Positions 35,453 through 44,408 of a stretch of 64,000 nt of DNA are shown here, piece by piece (the first letter of the stretch is position 1; each line of letters opens with the position of its first letter). Source of the stretch: Eubacteriales bacterium (lineage in GTDB: Bacteria > Bacillota > Clostridia > Oscillospirales > CAG-272); contig JAZRPF010000043.1 of the NCBI GenBank assembly GCA_045649045.1, positions 459-64,458 of the forward strand, in the 5' to 3' direction. Under the pieces are notes generated by a model that had not been told where the DNA came from, made no database searches, and worked only from the letters and a program-made list of their open reading frames with translations. The position numbers and the translations under genes were made by a program.

Positions 35453-36319
35453 TCACATTCCTTTCAATATAAATTCTTCTGCACCCACCGCCATGTTTTC
35501 CACCATAAAAACTCCCCCGTCATGTTCGCCTGCCGGACTATCCTCACCCGCTGTTGTAACAAACATAATAGATTTGTCCTCACCACCAAAAGCGACGCTT
35601 ATGATGCGATAAACAGGAAAGTAAATTTCATTAATAATCTCACCTTGAGGGTTATAACATAACAATGGTCCTCCCGGTCTGCAACATGCGACCCAAAGGT
35701 TTCCCTCAATATCTGTAGCCATGCCGTCAGGCAGGCAACCGGAGGCAAACACTTTTTTGTTGCTAAGCATGCCGGTTGTTTTATCATAGTCATATACATA
35801 CACGCAGTCATGGTCAGTTACAGCAAAATACAATTTATCCAGTTGAGGAGAAAACCGTATTCCGTTGGGTGTGTTTCCTGTTTCCTCTTCAAGACAAACT
35901 AAATCTGCCTTATTATCCAACAACCAAAACGAGCCGTGCTCTGCCCGTTTATCAGGCTCGAAATAATGCGTTGCAAGCATACCGCAATATATGCGTCCTT
36001 TTGAGTCTGCAATCACATCATTAAACAGTGCCTTTTTAAAATCCTTGTATAATACCGGCTCCGAATAGGGCTTCCATTTCCAAATTTTTCCATTATCGGC
36101 AAACAAAAGCATATAATCGTTGTCTGTAAAAACCATACTGCCGATTCTTCCTATATTCAGTTGAAAACATTCAAAATCATTCACATCATCATTGACCTTT
36201 TTTCTATATAGCTCGCCATGGAATCCATGCCAGTAAAGAAATTTATCTTTCTTATCCCACATTGGCGATTCTGATAATTCACAATGACAATCGGCAAATA
36301 GTTTGATGTCTTTTTTCAT
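35453..36319 (-). CDS. SMP-30/gluconolactonase/LRE-like beta-propeller protein
   Basis: ...CELSESPMWD...FNDVIADSKGRIYCG...TPNGIRFSPQLDKLYFAV...PDGMATDIEGNLWVA...VAFGGEDKSIMFVTTA. AAAGGAGG RBS before ATG 36319. Confidence 0.8.
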   Translation of the reverse strand: MKKDIKLFADCHCELSESPMWDKKDKFLYWHGFHGELYRKKVNDDVNDFECFQLNIGRIGSMVFTDNDYMLLFADNGKIWKWKPYSEPVLYKDFKKALFNDVIADSKGRIYCGMLATHYFEPDKRAEHGSFWLLDNKADLVCLEEETGNTPNGIRFSPQLDKLYFAVTDHDCVYVYDYDKTTGMLSNKKVFASGCLPDGMATDIEGNLWVACCRPGGPLLCYNPQGEIINEIYFPVYRIISVAFGGEDKSIMFVTTAGEDSPAGEHDGGVFMVENMAVGAEEFILKGM

Positions 36320-36490
36320 ATTAATTTTTCCTCCTTTACAATACAATTATATTTCACTTCAACAAAATAGTCAATATGAATTAACGACTATATTATACTT
36401 TTCGAAATAAATTAACCAAGTATATTGATTTTTAGCCTAGAATATATTATAATATTAGAAACAATACAAATCCAAAAGGAAGAACAAACT

Positions 36491-37282
36491 ATGGAAAAAT
36501 CGGATATATTATCAACCGACTTTTACCTGAAAAAACTGATCTGCGTCATCAAATCCGAGATGAACAACTGTACAAAAACAATCTATGTCAACGGAAGGCA
36601 CAGCCATGCTTATGTATATATTTTGTCAGGCTCCTGCAGTTACAATTTTAATAATGAATATGAAATCACCGTCAATACGGGCGATGTTCTTTATCTTGCA
36701 CAAAATGCAGAATATACAATGAATGTCCATACACCAAATTACCGATATATATACTGTGATTTTGAGCTTAATGATAATGTTGTCAGGAAAAGCAATGTGT
36801 ATACTCCAGAAAACACTTCCGATGTAGAAAATCAGTTTATCAAGCTTATAAAAACCTACAATATGTTTTCAATGGCATCTTTTTCTAGGTGCATATCTTT
36901 GATATATCATATTCACAGTATGCTTTTAAAAACAAAAGAAACGATCAATTTAGAAAAGGGAACAGAAAACAAAATTGTGAACGCCAGGAAATATATTGAC
37001 ACTCATTTTTCTGACAATATGCTCAGCATCTCGTCGCTTGCCGAGATGGCCGAAATCAGTGAGGTTTACTTTAGAAAACTGTTTAAGTTGCAATATCATA
37101 TGTCACCGGCACAATATCTTACATCTTTGAGAATAAAAAAAGCAAAACAACTCCTTGGTTATAGTTTTTTAGCATTAGAAGAATGTGCAAATCAATGTGG
37201 CTTCTCAACAGTGCAATATTTTTGTCGTGTGTTCAAAAACTCCACCGGTATGACACCGACAGAGTATAGAAACAAAAAATAA
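36491..37282 (+). CDS. AraC family transcriptional regulator (cupin sensor plus HTH), divergent from the GRE operon
   Basis: C-terminal ...ISSLAEMAEISEVYFRKLFKLQYHMSPAQYLTSLRIKKAKQLL...CGFSTVQYFCRVFKNSTGMTPTEYR. Confidence 0.9.
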   Translation: MEKSDILSTDFYLKKLICVIKSEMNNCTKTIYVNGRHSHAYVYILSGSCSYNFNNEYEITVNTGDVLYLAQNAEYTMNVHTPNYRYIYCDFELNDNVVRKSNVYTPENTSDVENQFIKLIKTYNMFSMASFSRCISLIYHIHSMLLKTKETINLEKGTENKIVNARKYIDTHFSDNMLSISSLAEMAEISEVYFRKLFKLQYHMSPAQYLTSLRIKKAKQLLGYSFLALEECANQCGFSTVQYFCRVFKNSTGMTPTEYRNKK

Positions 37283-37318
37283 TAGGGTTGCAGAAATTTT
37301 TCTGCAACCCTATTTTCG
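37281..37318 (+). terminator. Terminator after the AraC gene
   Basis: 15-bp perfect stem AATAGGGTTGCAGAA/TTCTGCAACCCTATT followed by a T-rich tail. Confidence 0.8.
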
Positions 37319-37435
37319 AAAACTGCCCTTAAGAACACTCGTTTTATTGCTCGCTTTTTGTTTTCAAGAAGCATAAACCCCTGCTTCCCTTTTTGCTATT
37401 CTTGTGCTTTCGTTCTATGCGAATGCTCCTGCCTC

Positions 37436-38212
37436 TTATTTTCTCTTTTTTTGATTTTTGCCGTAAATCTCAGCAAGACCGCGTAAAAGCATGGAATCGT
37501 CACGCTTGATTTCACGCTTGCAAAGAGGCAGAATACTGTCGGCAATACTACCCGATGCAATAAGTGTCGCATGATAGCCAAGCTCGTCCTCAATACGCTC
37601 AATCATGCCGTCAATCATGGCGACGCTGCCGTAAATGCAGCCACTCTGCATACTTTCCATCGTATTCACGCCGATGCATCGCTTGGGCATCGTGTGCGCG
37701 ATATGCGGCAAAAGGCTTGCCCCGTTGCTGAGCGCCTCGCTTGAAAGGGCAACACCGGGTGCGATGGCACATCCGATAAATGCACCCTGTTTATCAAGCA
37801 CAGAGAAGGTAGTTGCCGTGCCGAAATCAATCAGAATCAGCGGTGCTTCATAAGACGAAAGAGCGCCGACGGCGCGCGCCACAAGGTCACCGCCAAGCTG
37901 TGAAGGCTCATCAGTGCGGATATCAAGCCCCGTCCGCAATCCTGCACCAAGAAGATGCGTGCGGAAGCCGCACACAAGCTCAACAGCCGCGCGGACAGTT
38001 TCGGTTGCAGAGGGGACGACCGAAGAGGCAATTGCTCCCTTGAAGTCCTGCGGATGATAGCCCTTAAAATCAAGCAGCCCCTTTAATAAGCAGGCGTATT
38101 CATCGGCGGTACGGTCGGAGAGAAGCGCAATTGAGAACCTATCAAGCAAGTTGCACTCATGGACAATGCCAAACAAAATCTCATTATTTCCTATATTGTA
38201 TACAAGAAGCAT
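37436..38212 (-). CDS. coaX: Type III pantothenate kinase
   Basis: MLLVYNIGNNEILFGI...LILIDFGTATTFSVL...IASGSIA (ASKHA fold, CoaX pattern), 258 aa. Confidence 0.85.
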   Translation of the reverse strand: MLLVYNIGNNEILFGIVHECNLLDRFSIALLSDRTADEYACLLKGLLDFKGYHPQDFKGAIASSVVPSATETVRAAVELVCGFRTHLLGAGLRTGLDIRTDEPSQLGGDLVARAVGALSSYEAPLILIDFGTATTFSVLDKQGAFIGCAIAPGVALSSEALSNGASLLPHIAHTMPKRCIGVNTMESMQSGCIYGSVAMIDGMIERIEDELGYHATLIASGSIADSILPLCKREIKRDDSMLLRGLAEIYGKNQKKRK

Positions 38213-38224
38213 AAGTATCCCAAA

Positions 38225-38830
38225 TTATTTCATTCTGTGATTGAAATAGGAAACGACACGCGTAAGCGCAGTGCCCAGCACCATGTTGGTTGCAAACTCA
38301 ACAATAAAATTGATGCCAATCCAGCCAAGAAACAGGACAGCAAGCGGTGCTTCGCCACCTGCATTGGCAGACAAAAAGCCATAGAAAATAGTCATGATAC
38401 CGAGTGCAAACAAGCCTGTATTGACGATAGGTGTGAGAATACTTGCCAAAATCGAAGCGAGTGTCGGCAGCTTTTTGGCAATCGGCCGATAGACAAGACC
38501 TGCAATCGCACCTGCCACCGTGCCCTTCAAAAGACAAAGAACGGTCGTGCCGATGGCGTTATAATTCATCATCATATTGACGAAGCCGCCATCAAGTCCC
38601 ATAAGACCTGTGATATACACAACGGCGCTGAAAACGAAGCCGAGAAAGGCACCGCACCGCCAGCCGTAGATAGCCGCGCCCACGCTGATGGGAAAGAGTG
38701 CGAGAGTGATAGAAAAAGGTCCGAATTTAATGAAGGTGCAAATCATCTGCAAGGCAACAACAATCGCCGCCAGCATGGCATACACAACCATTTTCCGAAC
38801 CCGCTCGTGAGAAGTAGTGCGAATATTCAT
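38225..38830 (-). CDS. ECF-transporter S component, probably pantothenate-specific (PanT-like)
   Basis: About 200 aa with six TMs. AGGAGG RBS before ATG 38830. Immediately upstream of and co-oriented with coaX. No EcfA/A'/T genes in the window. Confidence 0.55.
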   Translation of the reverse strand: MNIRTTSHERVRKMVVYAMLAAIVVALQMICTFIKFGPFSITLALFPISVGAAIYGWRCGAFLGFVFSAVVYITGLMGLDGGFVNMMMNYNAIGTTVLCLLKGTVAGAIAGLVYRPIAKKLPTLASILASILTPIVNTGLFALGIMTIFYGFLSANAGGEAPLAVLFLGWIGINFIVEFATNMVLGTALTRVVSYFNHRMK

Positions 38831-38912
38831 GATAACCTCCTGCTGCCGCTCTCGCTTGGCGAGATACAGCGCAAAAATATTTTCGTGCAGACAAGCTGCA
38901 TCGAATAACCCG

Positions 38913-38941
38913 ATTATACCACATTTTTTGCAAAATTGCAA
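38913..38941 (-). promoter_or_regulatory. Promoter of the S-component/coaX operon (TTGCAA-17-TATAAT, TGg extended -10)
   Basis: Minus strand reads cTTGCAAttttgcaaaaaatgtggTATAATcggg. Confidence 0.7.
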
Positions 38942-38977
38942 GACCTGTGTCCATCTTTCTCATGACAAAAACGCAAA

Positions 38978-39013
38978 TATAAAAGCAAGCAGTCACGAAG
39001 ACTGCTTGCTTTT
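38978..39013 (-). terminator. Terminator after the DUF4430 lipoprotein gene
   Basis: AGCAAGCAGTC-ttcgt-GACTGCTTGCT followed by TTTTAT on the minus strand. Confidence 0.75.
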
Positions 39014-39020
39014 GACTCAT

Positions 39021-39446
39021 TTACCCTTTCACACAGGCAAGTGTATACACACCGCCGTTTTGAATTTCAATGCCGTCGGCACCTGTCATTGCGCTTTCCT
39101 CACCGATGGCAATCGACCAATAACAGCCGTCCTTTTCATAATCGGCGCGCATTCCGTTCACGCTCTTGATATAAAGACCGTAATCTCCCTGCTCGCCCTC
39201 GACAAGCTGATGCTCAACAAGCGCATCACCGAGCGTCATCTTGTCAGTGTTAATGGTAAAAACAACCGTTTTTTCCTCTGCCACAACCGTCACGGTGATG
39301 GTTTTTTCTCCCGTGCCGAGTGTCGTATCCTCGGTATAGATGGCATCCTCCCAGAAATCCGTCTTGCTCTCGCCGCAGGAAACGAGACACAGAATCAGAA
39401 GAGCTGACAATAAAATGATGATTTTTGATTGAACTGTTTGCTTCAT
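39021..39446 (-). CDS. DUF4430 (transcobalamin-like beta-domain) lipoprotein
   Basis: Lipobox LILCLVSC. Mature part: ...ITVTVVAEEKTVVFTINTDKMTLGDALVEHQLVEGEQGDYGLYIKSVNGMRADYEKDGCYWSIAIGEE.... Confidence 0.7.
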   Translation of the reverse strand: MKQTVQSKIIILLSALLILCLVSCGESKTDFWEDAIYTEDTTLGTGEKTITVTVVAEEKTVVFTINTDKMTLGDALVEHQLVEGEQGDYGLYIKSVNGMRADYEKDGCYWSIAIGEESAMTGADGIEIQNGGVYTLACVKG

Positions 39447-39480
39447 AGCTTCTTTCCTTTCTTTTTCAAATTAAAAAGGA

Positions 39481-39750
39481 TAAAATAAAAGCGCCTCTTC
39501 TATGGGCGCATGCATAAAGAAAAAATACCCTGCCGTATCTTTCGTCGCCGCTCTCCCATTTTGCCCAAGAGTCTTTTACAGGCACAGTCCGATAAGCATT
39601 CCGACTTGTGATGGTTTCAACATCAGATACGGTAATGGCTGTTGCCGCGGATTCTCACCGCCGTTTCCTTATCCCCGAACGCGTCATAGACGCGCCCGAT
39701 TCCGAAGCTCGTGAAGAGAGTTCGATGAACTGCGTTTATTCTTTTTATAA
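39481..39750 (-). promoter_or_regulatory. Cobalamin-riboswitch-like leader with terminator expression platform
   Basis: Minus strand: hairpin GCGCGTC-tat-GACGCG, then GATAAGGAAACGGCGGTGAGAATCCGCGGCAACAGCC. The GGTGAGAATCC core (plus-strand 39649-39659) is as in B12 elements. A closing stem CCGTATC...GATACGG follows, then GCGCC-N9-GGCGC plus TTTTATTTT directly before the RBS. Confidence 0.5.
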
Positions 39751-39754
39751 AACC

Positions 39755-39783
39755 ATTGTAGCATATTTTCGGGCAAAATGCAA
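39755..39783 (-). promoter_or_regulatory. Promoter of the riboswitch-like leader (TTGCAT-17-TACAAT)
   Basis: Minus strand reads cTTGCATtttgcccgaaaatatgcTACAATgg. Confidence 0.6.
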
Positions 39784-39842
39784 GAGCTTTTCGAAAAAAT
39801 TGAATATAAAGATGGGAGTCCCGAAGGACTCCCACACTTCTT

Positions 39843-41036
39843 TTATTCAGTTGTATAGTTATCAAAATAACCTTGAATCCAGACAATCGGTGTTCCCTTG
39901 TCACCAGAACCGGAGGTAAGGTCGCAAAGAGAGCCAATCAGGTCGGTCAAGCGGCGGGGCGTTGTTCCCTCGGATGCCATCTGACCAAAGAGATCAGCAT
40001 CCTTCTGATGAATCTTTCCTTTGATTGCCTCCTTGAGTGCATCACCCGAAAGAGAGGCAAATTCGTTATCTGCAAGGTATTTCAGCTTCAGCTCGTTTGG
40101 CGTGCCTTCAAGTCCTTTTGTATATGCAGGAGCAACAACAGGGTCTGCAAGCTCCCAGATTTTACCGACAGGATCCTTGAATGCGCCGTCACCGTAAACC
40201 ATGACCTCAATGCGCTTTCCTGTCGCCTTGTAAAGCTTTTCGGCAATGGCATCCACAACCGACTGGCAATCGCGAGGGAAAAGCTTGATTGTTTCCTCGG
40301 TCGCCTTATTAGAACCGAGCAAGCCATAGCTTGCGTTATAGCCCGAGCCATCGACAGACTCATTGAGAATCTCATCAAGACCGAGAATAATCTCACCGCC
40401 CGCTTGCTTCAACATACGCTTGGTGCGTGCTCTTGTATGAATATCGCAAGCAAGAACATTTTTTGTGTAGGGGAGAATTGCGCGTGCATCGTTTGCAAAA
40501 ATAATTTCCGCCTCTGCGCCCGACTCACGAATCAAGCGCTCATAATATTCAACATAATCAACACCTGTAAAGATATGCTTTTCGTAACCAAAAAGTTCAC
40601 GGTAGCGTTCAAGCGTCAAAACATCGCTGTAAGGATTCACGCCCTTTTCATCAAGCATATCCAAGCTGATCAGATGATTACCAACCTCATCAGAGGGATA
40701 GGAAAACATGAGAACAATTTTCTTTGCGCCCTTGGCGATACCGCGCAGGCAAATCGCAAAGCGGTTACGGCTGAGGATCGGAAAAATGACGCCGACAGTC
40801 TCTCCGCCAAATTTGCGTCTGACATCCTCGGCAATATGATCAACAGATGCGTAGTTTCCCTGCGCTCTTGCGACAACTGCCTCGGTCATTGCGACAACAT
40901 CACGGTCATGGAAAGGAATCCCATCTTCCTTTGACGCTTCAAGCACCGACGCGGTCACAATATCAACAATATCATCACCCTGTCTGATAATCGGTGCGCG
41001 TACTCCGCGGGACACTGTGCCAATCATGCGACTCAT
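39843..41036 (-). CDS. F420-0:gamma-glutamyl ligase-like (CofE/F420_ligase domain) family protein
   Basis: MSRMIGTVSRGVRAPIIRQGDDIVDIVTASVLEA...VVAMTEAVVARAQGNY.... The pattern matches the family as I remember it. AAGGAG RBS before ATG 41036. Confidence 0.5.
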   Translation of the reverse strand: MSRMIGTVSRGVRAPIIRQGDDIVDIVTASVLEASKEDGIPFHDRDVVAMTEAVVARAQGNYASVDHIAEDVRRKFGGETVGVIFPILSRNRFAICLRGIAKGAKKIVLMFSYPSDEVGNHLISLDMLDEKGVNPYSDVLTLERYRELFGYEKHIFTGVDYVEYYERLIRESGAEAEIIFANDARAILPYTKNVLACDIHTRARTKRMLKQAGGEIILGLDEILNESVDGSGYNASYGLLGSNKATEETIKLFPRDCQSVVDAIAEKLYKATGKRIEVMVYGDGAFKDPVGKIWELADPVVAPAYTKGLEGTPNELKLKYLADNEFASLSGDALKEAIKGKIHQKDADLFGQMASEGTTPRRLTDLIGSLCDLTSGSGDKGTPIVWIQGYFDNYTTE

Positions 41037-41270
41037 AAAAATACAACTCCTTTTTGCTTTTGAGACTGTCATGTCTCAGAAGCAGAATTTATTAACAATT
41101 CATTATACCACCAACAAGCGCATATTGCAATATTTTTTTACTAAAATTTCAAAAAAATTCAAAAAGCCTTTCTGCCTGCCTTGACCTCTTTTTTGCACAA
41201 AATCTTGTATTTTTGTTTTGAGTATGGTACAATGGATACTGTAATGAATTCAAGTACAGAAAGGTATTGT

Positions 41271-41903
41271 ATGAAAACATATTTGTTTGATTTGGACGGC
41301 ACATTAATCGACTCCGTGCCCGTTTATGTCCAAGCAGTGACTCGTATTCTTGATGATTACCACATCGATTATCCAAGCAACATCGGTGAAATTATCACGC
41401 CGCTTGGCAGTCATGGGACGGCCGAGCTTTTCATCAAAATGGGCATACCCCTCTCATATGACGAGCTGATTGCCCTGTTTGGCCGTACACTGCTTGACGA
41501 ATATGTTTATCGCATTCCCGAAAAGAAAAATGTCACTAAAGTCCTGAAAAGCTTGAAGGCGCGCGGGAACAGTCTCAATATTCTGACCGCAAGCCCTCAC
41601 ACTGTGCTTGACCCTTGCGTCAAGCGACTGGGATTTGTAGAGTATTTCGACAACATCTGGTCTGCCGATGACTTCAATATGTATAAAAGCGATCCGCAAA
41701 TCTACCGCGAAGCCGCAAAAAAACTCAATGTCGCGATTGAAGATATAATTTTTATTGACGATAATGCCGTTGCTCTTAAGGCGGCAAAGCAAGCGGGCGC
41801 ACAGGTATACGGTGCCTTTGAAGCAAGCGCACGCGACCAAGAAGAAACCATCCGTGCCAATGCCGACCGATACATCATGGACTTCATCGAACTGCTTGAT
41901 TAA
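41271..41903 (+). CDS. HAD-superfamily hydrolase
   Basis: MKTYLFDLDGTLIDS (DxDGT motif I) ...ILTASP... and a late IFIDDN motif. Confidence 0.85.
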   Translation: MKTYLFDLDGTLIDSVPVYVQAVTRILDDYHIDYPSNIGEIITPLGSHGTAELFIKMGIPLSYDELIALFGRTLLDEYVYRIPEKKNVTKVLKSLKARGNSLNILTASPHTVLDPCVKRLGFVEYFDNIWSADDFNMYKSDPQIYREAAKKLNVAIEDIIFIDDNAVALKAAKQAGAQVYGAFEASARDQEETIRANADRYIMDFIELLD

Positions 41904-41915
41904 CCGTCAGGCAAT

Positions 41916-41959
41916 AAAAAAGCAAGTGCAAACAAGAATCTGCACTTGCTTTTGTTTTT
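41916..41959. terminator. Bidirectional terminator between the HAD gene and ddh
   Basis: AAAAA-AGCAAGTGCA-N10-TGCACTTGCT-TTTGTTTTTT. Confidence 0.8.
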
Positions 41960-42943
41960 TCAAAGAAGCGTTTGAATCAGCTCCTCGTAAGGCTTTGCCG
42001 ACAGGTAGGCGGGCGGAACATCAAAAACCGTCTGACAGCCGTACTTCCCTTCCGCCTGCAATCTGACGGCGGCGCGGGCGTACGCGACAATCACAGAGGC
42101 GGTAAATTCGGGATTGGAATCCAGCTTCAAACGATATTCAATGAGGTGCTGATTCTCAAGCTTGGCACCCGTTCTTCCTGTGCGAATGACAAAGCCACCG
42201 TGCGGAATACCGCCATGATCGCGGCGAAGCTCATCCATTGAAATGAAATGAACGGTGGTATCGTAGTCGGCGAAATAATTGGGCATCTCCTTGATTTCAC
42301 GCTCAATTCTTTGTAGGTCTGCGCCCTCCTCTGCCACAACAAAGCATTCTCTTGTATGCTTATCTCTTGCAGTCAGCGTCGGGTTTTTCCCACTTCGCAC
42401 CGCGTCAAGTGCCGCAAGAACAGGAATGGTGTATTGCTTCGCATCAAGCACGCCTTCAATGCGGCGAATGGCATCCGAATGACCTTGACTGACGCCCTTG
42501 CCCCAGAAGGTATAGTCCTGACCGTCAGGGAGAATCGCACTTGCATAAAGGCGGTTCAAGGAAAACATACCGGGGTCCCAGCCGACAGAAATCAGCGCCG
42601 TATGACCACTTGCCTTTGCCGCACGGTCAACATTTTCAAAGTGAGCAGGAATTTTTGCATGTGTGTCAAAGCTGTCCACAACCGTAAACAAAGACGCAAG
42701 ACTTGGTGTCTGTACGGGCAAATCGGTTGCACTGCCGCCACAGAGAATCATCACATCAATTTTTCCAACATAATCGGCAACATCTTCTGCACGGCAGACT
42801 GATACCCCTTCTGTTGCTATCCTGACAGCAGACGGATCGCGTCGGGTAAAAACCGCCGCAAGCACCATATCTTCGTTTTGACGAATGGCGTTTTCAATGC
42901 CCCTTCCGAGATTGCCGTAACCGTAAATGCCGACTCGTATCAT
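41960..42943 (-). CDS. ddh: meso-Diaminopimelate D-dehydrogenase
   Basis: MIRVGIYGYGNLGRGIENAI...VFTRRDP...GWDPGMFS...QGHSDA.... 327 aa, characteristic length and motifs. Confidence 0.85.
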   Translation of the reverse strand: MIRVGIYGYGNLGRGIENAIRQNEDMVLAAVFTRRDPSAVRIATEGVSVCRAEDVADYVGKIDVMILCGGSATDLPVQTPSLASLFTVVDSFDTHAKIPAHFENVDRAAKASGHTALISVGWDPGMFSLNRLYASAILPDGQDYTFWGKGVSQGHSDAIRRIEGVLDAKQYTIPVLAALDAVRSGKNPTLTARDKHTRECFVVAEEGADLQRIEREIKEMPNYFADYDTTVHFISMDELRRDHGGIPHGGFVIRTGRTGAKLENQHLIEYRLKLDSNPEFTASVIVAYARAAVRLQAEGKYGCQTVFDVPPAYLSAKPYEELIQTLL

Positions 42944-43062
42944 ACTTTTCTCCGTTCTGTCGCATCGCGACTTGAAATTAAGCGTTTTTCCAACAGGGCT
43001 ATTATATCATTTTTGTCCTTTGTTTGCAAGATGTTTTTGTAAAATTTAAGCTTCTTTGACAG

Positions 43063-43099
43063 AAAAAAGTGCGTACAGCCAAACGCTGTACGCACTTTT
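43063..43099. terminator. Terminator after the Gfo/Idh/MocA gene
   Basis: AAAAAA-GTGCGTACAGC-caaac-GCTGTACGCAC-TTTT. Confidence 0.85.
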
Positions 43100-43103
43100 C
43101 AAA

Positions 43104-44291
43104 TTAAAGCTCAGGAATATTGATTTCGATTTCATGACCGAGTCTGGAAGACTCCACGATACCGGAAATAATTGCTTGGTTGTAGATGATCTGGTCGATC
43201 GGCACAGGTGCCTTACCTCCTGTACGGGCAGCATCAAGGAAGGTACGGATTTTGTGGTCCCAATAGGAGAGATTTCCGTTTTTGAGAATCGGCAATTCGG
43301 TCACTGTCTGCAGGCCTGCAACCTCATGATAAATCTTGAGAGGACCGCCGACTGTACCGTTCCAGCATTCAGTCGAGGGAATACGAAGACCGCCCTTTGT
43401 ACCGAGAATCAAGGTGTCGCCTGCAGTATCCATGTTCATTGCCCATGAAATACGGAAGTCAAGAACGATGTCTCCTTCAAGGCGGACAAAGCCTGCTGCA
43501 AAGTCATCAACACCAAAGGCTTCAGCAAGCTCTTCAGCTGTTTCGGTACCGTCGTAGCCGTAAGCAGTACCCTTCACATATTCAATATACTTCGGGTCAC
43601 GGCCAAAGAAGGAGGACTGATAGCCCGATACCGTCAAGGGCTTCGGATAACCAAGTGCATTCAAGACCATATCAAGCGAATAGCATCCGATATCTGCCAT
43701 AGCACCCATACCTGCTGTATCGTCACGAATGAAGGAAGCCTCGTGACCGACAGGAATACCACGGCGACGGCCGCCACCTGTCTGCACATAATAAACCTTA
43801 CCAAGCTCGCCCGACTCGACAATCTTCTTAATCATCTTCATATTCTCGTCAAAACGAGGCTGGAATCCAATGGACAGAATCTTGCCACTCTTTTTCTCGA
43901 CCTTCATCAGCTCAATGCCTTCTTCGATAGTCACGCAAAGAGGCTTTTCAAGAAGAACATGACAGCCGTGCTCCAGTGCGGCGATTGCACAGGGTACATG
44001 CTGACGGTTGTATGTACAAACTGAAACAGCATCAAGCTTCAGGCTCTTGTCCTCAAGCATTTCAAGATGATTGCGATAGTTGGTTTTTGCTTTCTCGATA
44101 CCATACTCTTCAAGCAATGCCTTTGCGCGTCCTTCCACAAGGTCGCAAGCCGCAACAATCTCAACATTCGGTGCTGCCTTGTAGGCTTGAATATGCGAGT
44201 GTGCAATGCTGCCACAGCCGATGATACCGACACGCATTACTTTGTTCAAATCCGCATTTTCTACATTCGATTTCTTTTCGGTGGTTGCCAT
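43104..44291 (-). CDS. Gfo/Idh/MocA family oxidoreductase
   Basis: VGIIGCGSIAHSHIQAYKA...VLLEKPLC... (Rossmann N-domain plus EKP motif). GGGAGG RBS. Confidence 0.85.
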   Translation of the reverse strand: MATTEKKSNVENADLNKVMRVGIIGCGSIAHSHIQAYKAAPNVEIVAACDLVEGRAKALLEEYGIEKAKTNYRNHLEMLEDKSLKLDAVSVCTYNRQHVPCAIAALEHGCHVLLEKPLCVTIEEGIELMKVEKKSGKILSIGFQPRFDENMKMIKKIVESGELGKVYYVQTGGGRRRGIPVGHEASFIRDDTAGMGAMADIGCYSLDMVLNALGYPKPLTVSGYQSSFFGRDPKYIEYVKGTAYGYDGTETAEELAEAFGVDDFAAGFVRLEGDIVLDFRISWAMNMDTAGDTLILGTKGGLRIPSTECWNGTVGGPLKIYHEVAGLQTVTELPILKNGNLSYWDHKIRTFLDAARTGGKAPVPIDQIIYNQAIISGIVESSRLGHEIEINIPEL

Positions 44292-44408
44292 GATTTTTCC
44301 TCCCTATTAACAAAAGTTGTTATTAAAGAACTCATGCTGTTTTATTATAACAGATAATATCCAATTCGTCCATAGGATTTTTGAAATTTATTTGGATTTT
44401 AATGAAAA

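Larger units (their letters stand above)
32439..37320. other. Low-GC genomic island carrying a glycyl-radical-enzyme operon and an AraC regulator
   Basis: Hand counts of single 60-nt lines give 25/60 and 21/60 G+C inside the island (lines 33421 and 34561), against 32/60 in uvrA (line 31081). Bounded by terminators on both sides. Confidence 0.6.
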
